Origin: Amphiscolops sp. MND2022
Lineage: Eukaryota
NCBI GenBank assembly: GCA_964187785.1
Contig: OZ076409.1
Coordinates: 55,058,001-55,122,000 of the forward strand
DNA: 64,000 bases
Reading direction: 5' to 3'
The notes beneath the pieces are model-generated. The model saw nothing but the letters and a program-made list of their open reading frames with translations, had not been told where the DNA came from and searched no databases. A program made the translations under genes and the position numbers. Below, in pieces: positions 1 through 14,036 of the stretch; within the stretch, counting starts at the first letter, position 1; each line of letters opens with the position of its first letter.

Positions 1-307
1 CACGTGACATTCTAGCATTCATTTCCCCTGATAGCATGTTGATTGACTCCATTAGTCTACTTTCCCTAATAGGTTCATTTCTGCTATCAATGTTCCTAAT
101 CTCATTGTCTTGAGATGAGTTTTCTCTATTTGGAAAGGACTGAGAGTCCTGTTGCCCTTCAGGGGCATTAATGAGGCTGTCTAGTTCCCTTTCTATAGAG
201 TTGGAATTTCCATCACCTAGCATTATGTCCATGTTTCCATAGTCGGACAACATATCTAGCTCTCTCGATTTTCTAGCTTTTGCCTTTTGTCTCCTCGTAG
301 AAGGCAT
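1..307 (-). mobile_element. 5' part of first (gag-region) ORF of a Gypsy-like element running off the window start
   Basis: ATG at 307 (minus) opens an uninterrupted frame MPSTRRQKAKARKSRELDMLSDYGNMDIMLGDGNSNSIERELD... to the window edge. It is clearly homologous to MPSTRRQKARARKSREMDMM...DVMIGSENANPIERELA at 3826 (+), which precedes gag/PR/RT remnants. Absent from the ORF track because there is no stop in the window. Confidence 0.7.
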
Positions 308-1672
308 TGAAAATGATTTTCCAGGAGAAAATACTTGAATTGTTCCTGTGGACAAGTGTTTCTCTTTTCAGGTTAATCAAAATGAGCGTAATGTATCAGA
401 TAACTGCAAAACTATGATTAACATTTGTCAGGCCGACTTGGGTATAAATACCCCAAAGGACATGACAGACAAAATTGTTATGGTCATGATACTAAAAATA
501 GCACGCAGACTAAAAATAGTTACATCATTGCTATAAATAGTATCATTACGTCACTAAGCGCCTGAAGGGGCGGCAAGTTCAAAGCACCCAATCAGGTTAT
601 GGCGGGACGCGTTGATTCAGTGTTTTTTCACAGATTTCATGTATAAATAACATTTCATGCGCGCTGAATATATGTAGGACCTACATGGTCAAACGCCATA
701 AGGGCTATTTCAACTATATCCATCTCGGGTAATGTCATAACACTCTCCCTCCGATTATATCCATGCATCAGAAGGAAACTTTACATGTATTTCATACATT
801 GGCGTACAAATGTAGCATCATCTCGTATCATGATCAAAGTTAAGTAGCGCTCATCTTGGCAAACGGCCGTACTGGGCCTTGTTTCCATTTATATAAAGGC
901 GTCACTACTTCATTCGATAGGACTAATTAACTCGTAAGCCGAGTCCGTCCTTACTTTATTTATTCAATCAGCAATATAGTATAGCAACAAGATGATTTGG
1001 ACCGGCCTTGTCGAGTGGCCAAACTAGTCTTTTCCGAGTAAATACAAATAACGACAGCAATTGTGAATGAAATTAGCACGGCTGTGATTGGTCAATATGC
1101 CGTGCGCGGCTATGTTAGCTATACCGAACAGGCAGACATTTGAACTCGTTTCCTTTCTGCCTGTCAGTATAGCTTGTTGTCAATTATTAAGCACACAAAA
1201 TACCCACTACATTTACATGTATTACAAACATTATAAATACCACAACTAAAAGTTCCAAATTTATTACCTTTTAATTGAAAGTTTCATTACAATGGCAATG
1301 TGCCAGGTAGGGCGTTTTGTCTGCTTGCGTCGATTGTATAGAAGTTGCCGTCGCAGACGGGAGCCTGCGACAGGCAAAAACACACCAAGCTATACTTCTA
1401 TGCAAATTCTGAAAGAATTGAGAATGTTTGATCCAAGAAAAGTTTCAGCTTTTCCTGATAGAAGTCACATCAATATTCATGGATTTTCAGTAGTCCCGGT
1501 TGCATTTAGGGAACTGGCCTGAAACACTAACATCGAAAAAAGGGACCCTTCTTTCGAAGAAGCTGCTGATTAGATCGAATAACTTTTGCAATTCCGGAAA
1601 TGCAATCAACAAAAATCGGAATTGTGTTGACAAATGCTTTTCTACCTGTTTCCAAATCATCTGTTGAACGTA

Positions 1673-2962
1673 TACCCCCGCGTCAAAAAAATGTCAAATA
1701 TTTTGAACTGAAATTACTCTGAAACTAATGCATGAAAATTGATTTTTCTTTTTTTACATGCAAGGCAAAACCATGCAAACCTAATCTGGCGGAAACAGCT
1801 CAAATATTTCACGCCGAATTTTACGTTTTACATAGGAGTGTTGGTAACTAGCACTTAAACATGTCAAAGGAAGAGAAAAATAATAGGCTCCTTTTACTGT
1901 ACGACATGGGAGTTAGAGATTTCAACGAACTACAGATAATGACAAGAATACACCCAAAAACATTATATCGGAATTTGACAAAATTACGAGAGGGGCAAAC
2001 CTTGGAACGCAGGCCTGGAAGTGGGCGTCCAAAGACATTTTGGGGTGATAATAAGAGGTCCCTCACTCTCTTGGCTCGAAATAACCCAGAGTTTTCAGAG
2101 AAAGATCCGAAACAAGCAGTAGCCTCTAAAGGAGGTCCGAGTGCATCAATCCGAACAATTCAAAGAAGTCTGCGAGATAGTGGATACACGAAAAAGAGCA
2201 AAAAAGACCCTGATCTCACTGTTTCCCAAATGGGAAAACGGCTAGAATTTTCACTGCAAATGAAGGGATTTTTATGGGATAATGTATTCATTACCGATGA
2301 GTGTCTATTCTACCTTCACAGGAATACAATCAAGTATTGGGCAAAAAGCAAAGACAAACCTCACAAAAAATGGCTAAATTTTCGCCATCAATTATGATCT
2401 GGGGGGCTCTATCCCACAAAGGGCTTTACATAACGACGATAGATGGGAACATAAATTCGGAAAAATACATCCAAATTGTTAGCGACTTCATCGCATACGC
2501 CAATGCACTTTATCCCGACGGCTGGGTCTTACAGCAAGACGAGGCAAGGCCACATACGTCGAAAAAGACACTAGAATTCTTCCAGGAAAATTCTATACAG
2601 AAAATGCAGTGGCCTGTAAATAGCCCAGATCTGTCGCCAATTGAAAAACTGTGGTCCATAATGAAGACACATATTGAGAAAGTGTCTCCTGCAACTCTGG
2701 GGGAACTAAAATTGTCAATTCAGTCCAAAGCCGGATCAAGTTCCCGCCAGACACAGGTGAACTTGATGAATTCAATCTCCCGTCGTTTACACCTCTGTAT
2801 TGCGAATCGTGGGGGAGTAATCCCATATTAAATAAGGTCAGTATTAACTGACTATCGGTTGATGGCTTTGTTGTGGTAAAATATTACACTTCTATGTTGC
2901 GTCAAATACAAGATATTTGCAATTTAAAATTTGTATTTTTTGACATTTTTAGACGCGGGGTA
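1673..2962 (+). mobile_element. Tc1-family (DD34E) DNA transposon, full length, frameshifted transposase
   Basis: Imperfect ~25-bp TIRs (TACCCCCGCGTCAAAAAAATGTCAAA / TTTGACATTTTTAGACGCGGGGTA) flanked by TA at 1671-1672 and 2963-2964, with an internal transposase. Confidence 0.92.
1861..2831 (+). pseudogene. Tc1 transposase split over two frames (1861-2397 and 2301-2831)
   Basis: HTH region with GRPK motif, VFITDE (D1), QQDEARPH (D2) and SPDLSPIE (E), with 34 residues between D2 and E. Frameshift near the A-run at ~2365-2370. Confidence 0.9.
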
Positions 2963-3437
2963 TAACTTTAGTTACTTTAATAAGCTTTGTTCCGATGATA
3001 GACAAAGTCTTCATTCGGAAGCTTTGAAAATGTTACTCATTCTTTGTTGCAATGCCTGAAAATAGTACCTTTTTTCTTTGTTTTTTCCGCGATATTTAGC
3101 GCAAATTGCAGAAAAATTGAGCGCAAATTGACCTGCGAATTTCCGTTTTTCCGCCTGCGATTAGCTACTAGGCCTTAATGCTATCGACGATCAGCGCACA
3201 GGAGAACGATTTCTTTATTACACTATTGAATTTCGGAAGTTATATTTATCATCAACAGCAAACTGTCGTTAAAATGAAACAGTTTTTTTGCTCATTTCAA
3301 CCGAATAGATTTGGGAATGCGGTTATTAAAGTAAGATAGCTCCCCCAGACTCGGATTGTACTTCAGCTAGCTCAACTGGAAACTGCTCTTGAACTACATT
3401 CCCACAAACGGACTGCTAGACTAAGGCGCATGAACGA

Positions 3438-3438
3438 A

Positions 3439-3473
<35 letters not shown>

Positions 3474-3493
3474 GTATATATATATGCATGTAT
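3438..3493. repeat. (TA)n microsatellite, imperfect
   Basis: ATATATATATATATATATATACATATATATATATATGTATATATATATG. Confidence 0.95.
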
Positions 3494-6400
3494 GTTGTTG
3501 CTTGTCCTTGAAAGCCTCACAGTTCAACCGCCTCAAAAACAGTTCTGTGACCGGCGGAAAATCCCTTTGAAGCTATTCATAACAGCTATGATGCAAGAGG
3601 CTATAAATAGTTGATGCTCTTTTCGGACAGCCCATCAGGCTTTTTTTGGATGACGATATCTGATTTTACGAATGTCATGTAGTCTATACTATATATACCC
3701 AGGACCGAAGGTCCAACACAACATTGTTGGTATTAAACTCATACGATAAAGTTGTGTAAATCCAAACAAATTCTGTTCTACAAGTTGGGGAAGTACAATT
3801 TATTCTTACCTTGTACTCGTCCTATATGCCTTCCACAAGAAGACAGAAAGCGAGAGCAAGAAAGTCCAGAGAAATGGACATGATGTCCGTTCGAAAATTT
3901 TGAAAGCTTGGATGTGATGATAGGAAGTGAAAATGCAAATCCCATTGAAAGGGAACTAGCAAATGCAACTGAGGGATCATCAGTACAAGGTGACACTGAG
4001 TCCAATATGTACTCAAGGAATGATTTCAGAGATTTTACTTGGGAAAATGATAGTCATAGACAAAATGAAGCCAGGGAGTCCATTGAGCAGGCTTTCGCTA
4101 TTGAATTTAATCTGAGGTTATTTCAAGAACTGGTTTCAATGGTAGCAATGATACATACCCAGATCAACAGGGCTATTAGCTCGGCTATATCTGATAGAGT
4201 AATTCATGAAATAAGGAACATTGTGAGTTCTATGTCTTCATCAGGGAATAGGGACACTAAGGTTAGTTCGTCTCCAAATAGTCAAGAGAACAGAGAGAAT
4301 AACCGTGGAAGTAAGAACAAAAATTACAAAAAAGGATTCTCGGTCCGGTGGTGATTTACTGAACACCGACGACGTTAATCCTAACATGGTGACAGGAGCT
4401 ACCGACACCTAACGGCAATTTCCTGAATTTCTGACTGGACGAACCCACTCAAACCCGAATCTTGAAAGGCAAGAATCCGCTCACAATATCTCACTGGATA
4501 CTACTCTACCAGTACAAGACCCTGTAAAGCCCGAAATACCACAAGACCCCATTAATAGGTTGGCGGACGTCCTGACCAACATGCAGAATAAAACACAATC
4601 AATGACAATTAGACCAATCACAACAAATCCCATGACATTTGACGGCAAAAGTGAAAAGTTTGAGCTCTTAGAGGACTTGTTCCACACCATGATTAAACTG
4701 CAACCCGCCATGACAGAGCGAATGAAAATTAATTATTTTCACTCATTGCTACGAAAAGGGGCTCTGCAGACATTTAGGAACATAAATTCTACCAACCGTC
4801 AAACCCTTGAGGACGTACTGGTCATGTTCCGGAGAAAGTACGTCAAACTGGAATCCCGAGAGACGGCAAAGCACAAAAGGCACAGATTCACTTTTGACCC
4901 CAGTACCATGAAATTGCCGGATTTTTTAGAAGAGCTCATCCAAGGTGCAGAAGAAGCCTTTGGTGAAAACGCCAAAAGCATGATTAACAGCCTGTCGGAC
5001 GCCAAATTGTCACCAAAGTTAACACGATCTGTCAATGTGGCCCGCCTGGAGAATAGGACATACGAAGAGATCGTAGCTCATCTCGAACGTGTGCTACATC
5101 TCATTGCATTGGAAGAATCAGAAGACTTACCAATGGCCACCGTGGCTTCGGCGTCCACCGGCAACCGAAACATATTGTCGAATGGCACCGACAGAAACAA
5201 GGGTGTCCAATGCACCTACTGTAAGGCGAATGACCACTTCTGGAAGTCGTACCCGAAACTAAAAAAGATATGGAGGATAATAACGGCAAAAAGCCCCAGC
5301 GTCAAAAATACCCAGAAAGTCCAACATGCGGGAAAAAGAAACATCCCGCTGAACGGTGCTGGAAAAGGGCAGAGGCACACCTACGTCCAAGAAAACACGC
5401 CGTGACACGACAAGGCCAATGAAACCCCCGGAGACGAAAAAGCACCCAAGTAGACCAATAACGCGGAAACAACACCTTCAGGCCAATTGACCTCAAGGAA
5501 AATTGATTCAAAAAACTAATTTTGCCACGATTCCAAATACATGACTATATGACGTTTCGACAATATGTCATATCAGACTCTCCAATAATTGAATTCGGCC
5601 AATTTATCAAAGATACCAATGGCACCCCGTCCGTTGTCTGGCAGCAATAGATGGAAAAAGGCTACATCAAGACTTAAAAATAGGACATAATGATCGCCCA
5701 GATAGATACTATGAAATGAATTACACTAACGACTTGAGACTCAATTTTAAACACTACAAACTATTTAAGATTATAACCCTCAATACGTTGACCCCGAGTA
5801 CGGCATGGACCCGAAGATCTCTATGATGATGCAACTTTACAATTAAAATGTGACGACTACCCTTCAAGAGACGACGAGGACGATCCCGTGATTGGAACCA
5901 ACAAATTATCGCGGGCCCTCTTTGAATTGTGAAAACCTAACCCAGAAATCACAACTTCTAACGAAAGAGATGAAAGATATGGCCACAACACAACAAAAGC
6001 CCACAAAGTCTTTTGTACGAAATGGACTTTTCACATATCTTGGTAGTGAAGGAAGGTGAATCTTCATACATTCCCCTTTCCACAAATCTCAACCTCAAAC
6101 TTAAACGACGGATGCTGGATATCCCAATGGACTTTGGGGAACTAATTATTGACGGACTTTTTGACACTGGGGCCCACTCCAGTGCAATACCTGAAGCAGA
6201 TCTCAAGAAAATACGACTATTGGCGACTCAATCCATAATCAAAGAGGGACCTACCCCGTCTTTTCAAATCGTGGTCGCAAATGGCGACCTAGAAACTCCA
6301 AAACGCACCGTCGAACTAAAGTTTGAAGTCAGGGACATTTAATTCCACGAAGATTTTATTGTCATGGAAAAGCTGTCTAACCCCATTATTGGACTAAGGT

Positions 6401-8108
6401 TGCTTCAGCGGAACCATACAGTGCTAGACATGCGCCAAGGTGTACTAAATTTCTCCTTCCTTTCTATGCAACTCAAAACAGCTGACCACAAACACTCGAA
6501 TGTAATGGAACCTATATTTAATCCAAAAGTTGTTACCATTCCACCAAATCGTCACATTTCAGTCCCAAAAATATGCAGAAAACACAGTTACAGGCATATT
6601 AAATCCTAGTGAAAACCTACAAAAGACTGAAATGTACCATTTTGCGCAGCAATTGTTACACTGAACGAAGGGTCTACAAGGCTACATGTTAATAATTTCA
6701 CTGACCAGACTTGTAAACTTGAAAAAGTATTGGATATTGCAAACTTCTCAGTGATGACACACGAACAGATGGAACACTTCAAACCAATACTTGGCACGGT
6801 GTCTACTGAACGAAAAGAAAGAGGATGAAATATACTATGTAAGTAGCGTCCTCAAAGCCAATTGCAACAATGACCAAAATGAACAATATTGGTTTCCAAC
6901 GCCAGAAAATCCAGAAAAACGAGCAGTCCCACACGCACGCGAATACAACAAGGGATTCTTCGAGAACTTCGCAACTTACAAGAAACAGAAAAACTCAATC
7001 CAAACGACAATGAAGCATCTGGGCGAAAACTCCTCAGCAACTCTGACTGGAGAGACTCAATGCTACAACAGCACGAAATAAAGAGGATCGAATCACTTTT
7101 GGTAGAATTTTATGACAGCTTTGCCCGCCTTAGGTTTGATATTGGAATGCATAAGGAATTTATGGTCAAACTGACCCCAAAGTACAGTACGCCTGCATTC
7201 AGACAAATTTCCCTACTCCAGTATATCTGAAAGAGGACATATTGGCCGAATTGCCAATGCTACACAAGTATGGCATCATCACAACTTTGCCATTGTCCCA
7301 GTACGCTAGTGGCATGTTAGCGCAAAAGAAACCCAATGGGAAATTAGGACTACTGGTTGACCTGAGAAAAATCAACCACCACATCTCAGACGATTATTTT
7401 AACACTAACCACCCAGTCAGTACCTTGACAGACGCAGCGCAACATATGGCAGGAAAGGAGCTTGTTTGTATGCTAGATTGTTCACAAGCTTACCACTGCC
7501 TCCAAATGGCAGACCAAAGGTCCATTGAGATGCTTGCCTTTCTTTGCCAGCAGGACTTTGCCAGCAGGATTTTGCCAGCAGGACTTTGCCCCCAGGACTT
7601 TCGCTTATAAAAGACTGGCCCAAGGACTCAGCAGAGCCCTCTCGCCCTTATCCAGCTTCATGAGAGAATACTTGGATCAGGTTATGAAGCTGATCAATGC
7701 GCCCAATATGTCGATGACACAGGCATTGCAGCGAACGACGCCAACCACCTTCTCAGTAACCTGAGGGCGACATTTGAAGGTATCAGAGAAGCTGGATTGA
7801 AACTCACTATGCACAAGTGCCACTTCGGCGCAACTGATATCGATTTCTTTGGGGGAACCATCACTTCTGAAGGAGTAAAACCGCAAAAAGAATCACAAAT
7901 TTCTTGCAAAAAAAAAACAAAATTTCCGAAGTCCAAGAAGGCCTTACAACGATATATTGGTTTCTTCAACTACTACAGGGACTATATATCAGGACTATCC
8001 GAAAAATTAGTACCCTTCTTCTAATTACTTGAGAAGGACGAGAAAGTCCTTTTTACAACTGAATTAGTTGAACAATTCAACGAAATCAATAGAGACTTGG
8101 ACAGATGC
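3493..8108 (+). mobile_element. Degenerate, 3'-truncated Ty3/Gypsy LTR retrotransposon (gag, protease, RT remnants)
   Basis: Gag-like ORFs at 3826-4354 and 4560-5405 (FDGKSEKFELLEDLF; decayed knuckle CTYCKANDHFWKS), protease LFDTGAHSS (6013-6342), RT motifs LLVDLRKIN, LDCSQAY and FAYKRLAQGL, and connection region LQRYIGFFNYYRDYI. Many stops and frameshifts. The left boundary (TG at 3493) is tentative. Confidence 0.85.
7542..7597 (+). repeat. 14-bp minisatellite x4 (CTTTGCCAGCAGGA) inside the Gypsy RT remnant
   Basis: CTTTGCCAGCAGGA CTTTGCCAGCAGGA TTTTGCCAGCAGGA CTTTGCCCCCAGGA. Confidence 0.9.
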
Positions 8109-11100
8109 AGCCAACTAATTTCTTTGGTGAGAAGGCTCTTTTTGAACTTGAAGGCTTACTTAGAAGTGCCTTTGCAGATAGAATTGTATCTGCCAAGTAT
8201 CCAGGTGGCGAAAGCATGTGTGACATTAGGCAGGTGCCTATCATGCACATCTTGCGGTACCACACTGGAAACAGTTCTGGAGTACCAAACAACCAACTGA
8301 CAACTTTTAAAACATCAGCGGATTGATTTCGCTCTGTCTAAGTTGTAAAATACAGGGGAAATACTGGATCTGACTGGACTTCGGACTCTGCTGAGGAAGC
8401 AAAAGTTGGCGAAATCGAAAGAAAGATTGGAGTCATTCACGAAGATGTCAGATAAAATCAATGAACACGTGGAGTTTAACATGGAATCAAGGCGCTTGTG
8501 TTTTGAAAAAAAAACGGACAAGATCATTGTCAAGCAGGGAGACTTACCGGAAAAAATGAAAATTTCTTGGTTGAAATGAAACCGAACTCCGAAGCTAAGA
8601 ATCTGAAACTGATAAAGAAAGAAACCCTGGAGCAACAGAAGAAGAACAAATTTGAGAACGAAAAGAGGAAAGCAAATTTGGTACGATTTAGAGAACCTGA
8701 AAGATCAACGCAGCGAAGGAAAGGATGGGAAAAACGCGGAAATGTATTTTATCTCGTACGAGGACCGCCATTTCATTTGGAGCTGCAAGGAAGAAAAAGA
8801 AACCACCGGAGATTGAAGGGAGCAATGATAACTGACTACGTACTTCATCGAATGCGCTACTGTACAACGTTCATTGCCTGATTAACCGTGAAAGATGTCT
8901 GGAGTTTGCTGACTTCGTACCAAGACACAGCTATGATTCGACAATATCTACTGAGACTTGGCTGAAACACGAGGAACATCAAAATTTCGGAACTGTTCTG
9001 GACCCACTACAATATCATCTGTGCTGATAGACCAACTGCATATAAATCGGAGACGTCGAACCACGGTGGTTGCCTTTTAGCTACTGAAAAATCTTTACCT
9101 TAATTGGAGCTGAACTTCGATAGATTACGTGAAAGACTTCATGTGTCGCTACTGATTGTTAAATTGTAGAAGGAAGCTGCACTATACATAGTCTTGCTGT
9201 TCAACAATCAAAGAGGGAGCCCTTCTCGGCTGTCAACTACTCAATTACAAGCTTTCTTAGCATTGCTGAAAACAACAAAGAATGGAAATCTCTAACTAGC
9301 TGGAGATTTTAGTCTAGTTGATATCGACTGGGAAACATACAGCTCCCGTGACGACTATGATATCCACTTTGTTTCTAAGACCTCACTGTGAAACAGTCCG
9401 TGGATTTTAAGATTGAAAGTCTTCTTGCCTGGACCTGGAATTCTGCCGGATGGAATCTAACATCATCGCGACAGAAGTAGTAGAGGACATTCCACTGTTT
9501 TCAAATTCTTTACCAGTATCATTCGAGCTGAGCAGCTGTACTACGAGAACATGAATGCACTGATGACAATGCACCCATTCGAACTTTATTTCAATAACAA
9601 CGTCGATGTGATTTGAACGCTTTGGCATGAGTCGCTTCACAAATTGATTGAACTGAACACTCCTGTTAGAACACGCACAAGGCAACTGCATCCGCCTTGT
9701 ATTATATCGGAGACATCCCATTGTCTTAATTATCTCAATACTCTGCGAAGAAAGGCGATTCGGAAAATAGTGCAAAAACTCACAGCGCTTGATCAATTGG
9801 AAAAGAAATGGGAAGAAAGGCAATCAACACACCGTCAACAGTACGAAGTAAAACTCTTTGCAAAAAGAGGTAAATCAGAAACATTCAAGTGTTTCCAATA
9901 TTCAAAATTTTCAATGAAAACAATTACCTCCGAAAAAAAGAACACTCGCAAATGAAAGTGAGTGCTGTCGAGGACCTTGAGCGAGCTAAAATTTTCATTA
10001 AAAATTTCATGTCAATAGTGACAGAGAATGATTACAGAACCTTCGAAACTAGTAGATAGCAAATTTTTTGAAACGAAGAGACGGAACTCACCGTGTTGCT
10101 TTTTAAAGAAGATCTGGAAACTCTACAAGTTTTGCAAAGTAGAAGCGCCAATAATAATTCACCATTTTTCCAATGAATGCTTGCGCATTATCGCAAAATC
10201 CTTGATGTTACTTTTCCAAAGTATCAAAAGACTACCTAAGTTCCCAAGCATTTGGAAGCTTGGTAATGTGCCTCCTATCTGAAGAGATGCGAAGAAGAGG
10301 TGATTTGCCCAAATATAGGCATGTAATCTTTCTACCTATTGTCTCGAAAATCTTCGTAAAGCTCATAGCGAGGACGTTATGAAACAAGAAGCAAAAGTCA
10401 CTAGTAGAGACCAACACGGTTTTCTTCCTAGAAAATCTGTCGTCATCCCTTTTTTGCACAGTCTGTCCAAGATATACCAAAAAATCAATGTAACTAAAGA
10501 CTATCTCACTGACAGAACACAAAGTGTTAGGGTAAATGGCGTTGTTCCGGAAAAGATTAGTAAATTCATTCGGTGTCCTTCAGGGATCGGTTGTTCGACC
10601 CATCCTGTTTTTGTTGTGTATCAACCACTTGCTGCTTGTAGTATTCTCATCCATAGCACTACTGTTCGCTGATGATCTGAAATTGATCAGTAAAACAGCT
10701 ACGAAAAATCTGACTGCCTGACAGAATTTTATCAGCAATCTTTTTTCCTTGAGTCTTCAAAATTGCCTCCCCTTCAAGTACAAGGGTTCTTCGGTTATTA
10801 CATTTACTTTTGGAAGAAATCATGAACAGCAGGAGTTGCTGCGTGGACATATTGGATTAAAGCTTCGGATTATAGCAAGGGACCTTGGACTTCAAGTTGT
10901 GGAAGAGCTCAGATTGACTGAACATTTCAAAACGCGATTTGGAAAGGCAAGGCGATGTTGGTATCTAATTAAAAAGAACACTAGCCTAAGAAGTGCTTCA
11001 TTTGCGAAAAGTCACCTCCACAGCACTTTTGGTTGTCCAATTCTTATGTTTGCATCTGACTGCTGGACCTTAAAAGGAGTGATTATCGGATCATGTATCA

Positions 11101-11500
11101 AATAGGTTCTTCGCTGGATTACCGCATGCATGGTTACCGAGAGGCTATGATAGCGTCAAACTTGTTACCTCCCCGCTACCTGAAAGGGTTGAAGGACCTA
11201 CTGTTATTCTCGAGGATCTTGTTTCACAATTATGATGTTGACTTCACGAAGTTTTATCATGTTAACTGGAGTGCCAACAGAACAGGAGTCACGCTACCCA
11301 AAATTCGCTACGAAGCTCAGAGACACAATTTCTAGTACGGAACATGTTTCAGAGTGAATGTCTTGCTACAAAGAAACATTAACTCTTTCGAAAACACTGA
11401 CGTTAAGTAGTGTTTTACGCCTCTCCTGTGGGACTTTCTTCTAGTAATCCATGTAGTTTGATTTACTTATGTTTATGTTCAAGTTGTCGCGCCTGTCCAA
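8109..11500 (+). mobile_element. Degenerate APE-type LINE (CR1/L2/Jockey-like)
   Basis: Charged coiled-coil-like ORF1 remnants (8300-8880), endonuclease motifs TETWL, HGGCLLA and AGDFS (8950-9330), RT motifs DQHGFLPRKS, GVLQGSV and LFADDLKL (10400-10690). Multiple frameshifts; boundaries approximate. Confidence 0.8.
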
Positions 11501-11899
11501 TGACATAACCTAGGAAGTGACTCTCCCAGTGATGCATTTATCACGAAGTCCTCATATTAAAAATAATAATATTATTAGAGGCTCCAGGACAAAGTCTATG
11601 GGTGTGTTAATCCCCAGTTTGAGTGGTTCACTTCGGGTTGCTATTAGAAAGTTGATCTTCTTCACTTCCTGGCAGTTTCTGCATTCACCTAATCTTCTGC
11701 TCCTGCACAGAGTGATTGACTTTATCGAAAACTGTTTGCAAATCGATGTTGAAGGCAGCTAAGTAAAGACATGTTGGGTCGTCAAATAGTTCATACAGCG
11801 CATGTAAGTATTCGATCAGATTTTATTATTCATTATCATTATTCATGAGTGTCTTTTGCGGAAGCCATGTTGAGCATTTGAAGGAGATCTCGTTGGGAT

Positions 11900-14036
11900 G
11901 GGGGAGAAGTTTGTAGCATATTAATTTGTCAAGGAGCTTTGAAACAGTAAACAGGCTGCTAATGGGTCTATTTTGTCGGAAAGATACATAGGTTAACATT
12001 AAGATTAAAGAAAAAGTGATACGACTTAAGTATTGAGTCGAAAAAATTAATCAGAAGCACATAAGAGATTTTGTCGGAGCCATTCGCTTTGCTACATGAA
12101 GTTCGTTCGATTAGAGCGTCGTATATTTCAGTGGTGTTGAAGGGGAGTTCAGTCAAAATTGTCCAAGTTGATTGCTCAATGGTTGCATGATAAACAGCTT
12201 GAAAAAAAAACGAAATGAAAAGAAACATTTAACATGTTCGCTTTCTCAATATTTGGTTGTGGCGTTTCATTGTCCAGGTAAACTTCATTGGGCAAGTAGT
12301 TCGAATAGTTCATAAACTAGGTAGTTTTGTAGGTTCGAGAATTTCCCTCCTTGAAAAGGGGATATTTCGTATTGATATTGCTCGAATTTTAAGTAAAGTG
12401 GGAGTTCAGATGTGAGACTCTCGATTTACCGTTCTTTGAGGATTGACGGAGTGCGTGAGCATTCTGCAGTTTTTTGAAAAGATAGGATGTTTTTGATGTT
12501 ACCCAGGGTAATAGGTGCATCCAGTGATTCGTTTGACTTGGTATGTGAGTTTTTATGTTTTGTACAATCTGTCATACGTCAAGCATCGGTTCCTCATTAC
12601 GCAAACAGTATGAGTTGAATGGCGTCTGTTTTATGAAGTCAATAATCTATTTCCAGTCAGCTTTCTCCAGTCATTTGGTGTTGTATCCACGGGATTTAGG
12701 AAGTCTGAGGTTTTGACGTGAAGATTTAAGTTGGCTGCGTATCGTTGGTGGTTAGCGCTCAAAAGGAATTCAAGATGAGTATAAACTCCTACCTTGACGA
12801 GAAAAGCATCATGCTTGTTAAATATGAGGATATTGAGTGGCTTCCTCTTTTTCGTAATGGTTAGCTGTTCTAAGTTTGCAGAGATCATCTGGTTGAGGCA
12901 GTGCTGTTCTTCCCAGTGTGTTGAGGTCATCGACTGCGGTTCGGTGTAACTAAAATTGATGTCTCCCACAATGATGCAACATTGGTTGAATTCGTATTTC
13001 TTCTTGTGAAGAAAGTTCATCAAAGAGGTGAACTGGGCTGTTGGCCAGGGGTAACATCTACCACTTGGGCCGCTGAATAAGCAACAGGTAAGGATTAGTT
13101 CTTTTAAAAGAAGTCGTGTGATTTTGATAGTCACATTTAGTGGCACAGCTTGGGTTGTTTTTGGAAAAACCGATAAAACGCCTTCATGTTTCGTGAGACC
13201 ATTTACACTCAGTCGGTTTTTTCGGTTCATTTTATATTTCGACAAAATAGAGCGACATTGGTTATATTTTCTGTCAGCCAAGTTTCAGTGAGGCAAAGTA
13301 TGTCGTAGACGTTAGTTACTTGACTAGCATTTGAGAAATTTGGTTCCTCGTTCGGTTTCCAGGAGACTTCGGAGGTTGTACACTACCAGAATGACAGTCA
13401 ATGTTAGTCAAAACTCGCTCTCCGTACGGGGGAGCTTATTTTCGACTTTGGTCCATTGATTGTTTTTACGTATTAACAAGAAACCGTCTTTGACTCGGAG
13501 ATCTTTTGATTTTGTGCCCTTGTGGATCAGGTGAATCTTTTCAATAAAGCTTCGTTTTTTAACACGGTCTCATTCTTCGACAATTGTCCGCTTTGATAGC
13601 AGGATGACTGTATTTCAGTTTCATTGCAGTGGGAAGAATCGTTTTTCGCTGCCACACCATGGGAACTACTGTAAGATCGCTCTCGTTTTCTTTTCCTCAT
13701 ACAGCCCTAGTCTAATAATGTCACTAAGTTCCGCATTCACCTCAAGGTATGACAAAATCTTTCGAAAGTCGCTGCAGTCGTGTTCGTTTCTCAGGCTGGC
13801 AATCTTGTCCTTTAGATCTGGGATTAGTCGTATCCTTATTACATCATGTTTTTCTGTCAGAGATGCTAGTTTCTTGTTAGGCTGGGATCCATCTCGATCC
13901 CTTGGTAAGCGTTGCGTATCTCGTTCTTCACTAGAAAAGATTTTGTTTCTCAGACAGTTTTTTTTTCATTTCAACGATTTCAGACTCCACATGCTCCATT
14001 TGCATATTATTTTGATTTTAATTTGCGCTGTGGTAA
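11900..14036 (-). mobile_element. Degenerate APE-type LINE, 3' part (ORF1 tail, endonuclease, start of RT), interrupted by the large Gypsy element
   Basis: ORF 12631-13281 has HEGVL, IVGDINF and SANH endonuclease motifs. ORF 11968-12228 has KANGSDKIS (K.pG.D.I, pre-RT motif). Coiled-coil-like minus-strand sequence continues up to the LTR edge at 14036. Confidence 0.7.
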
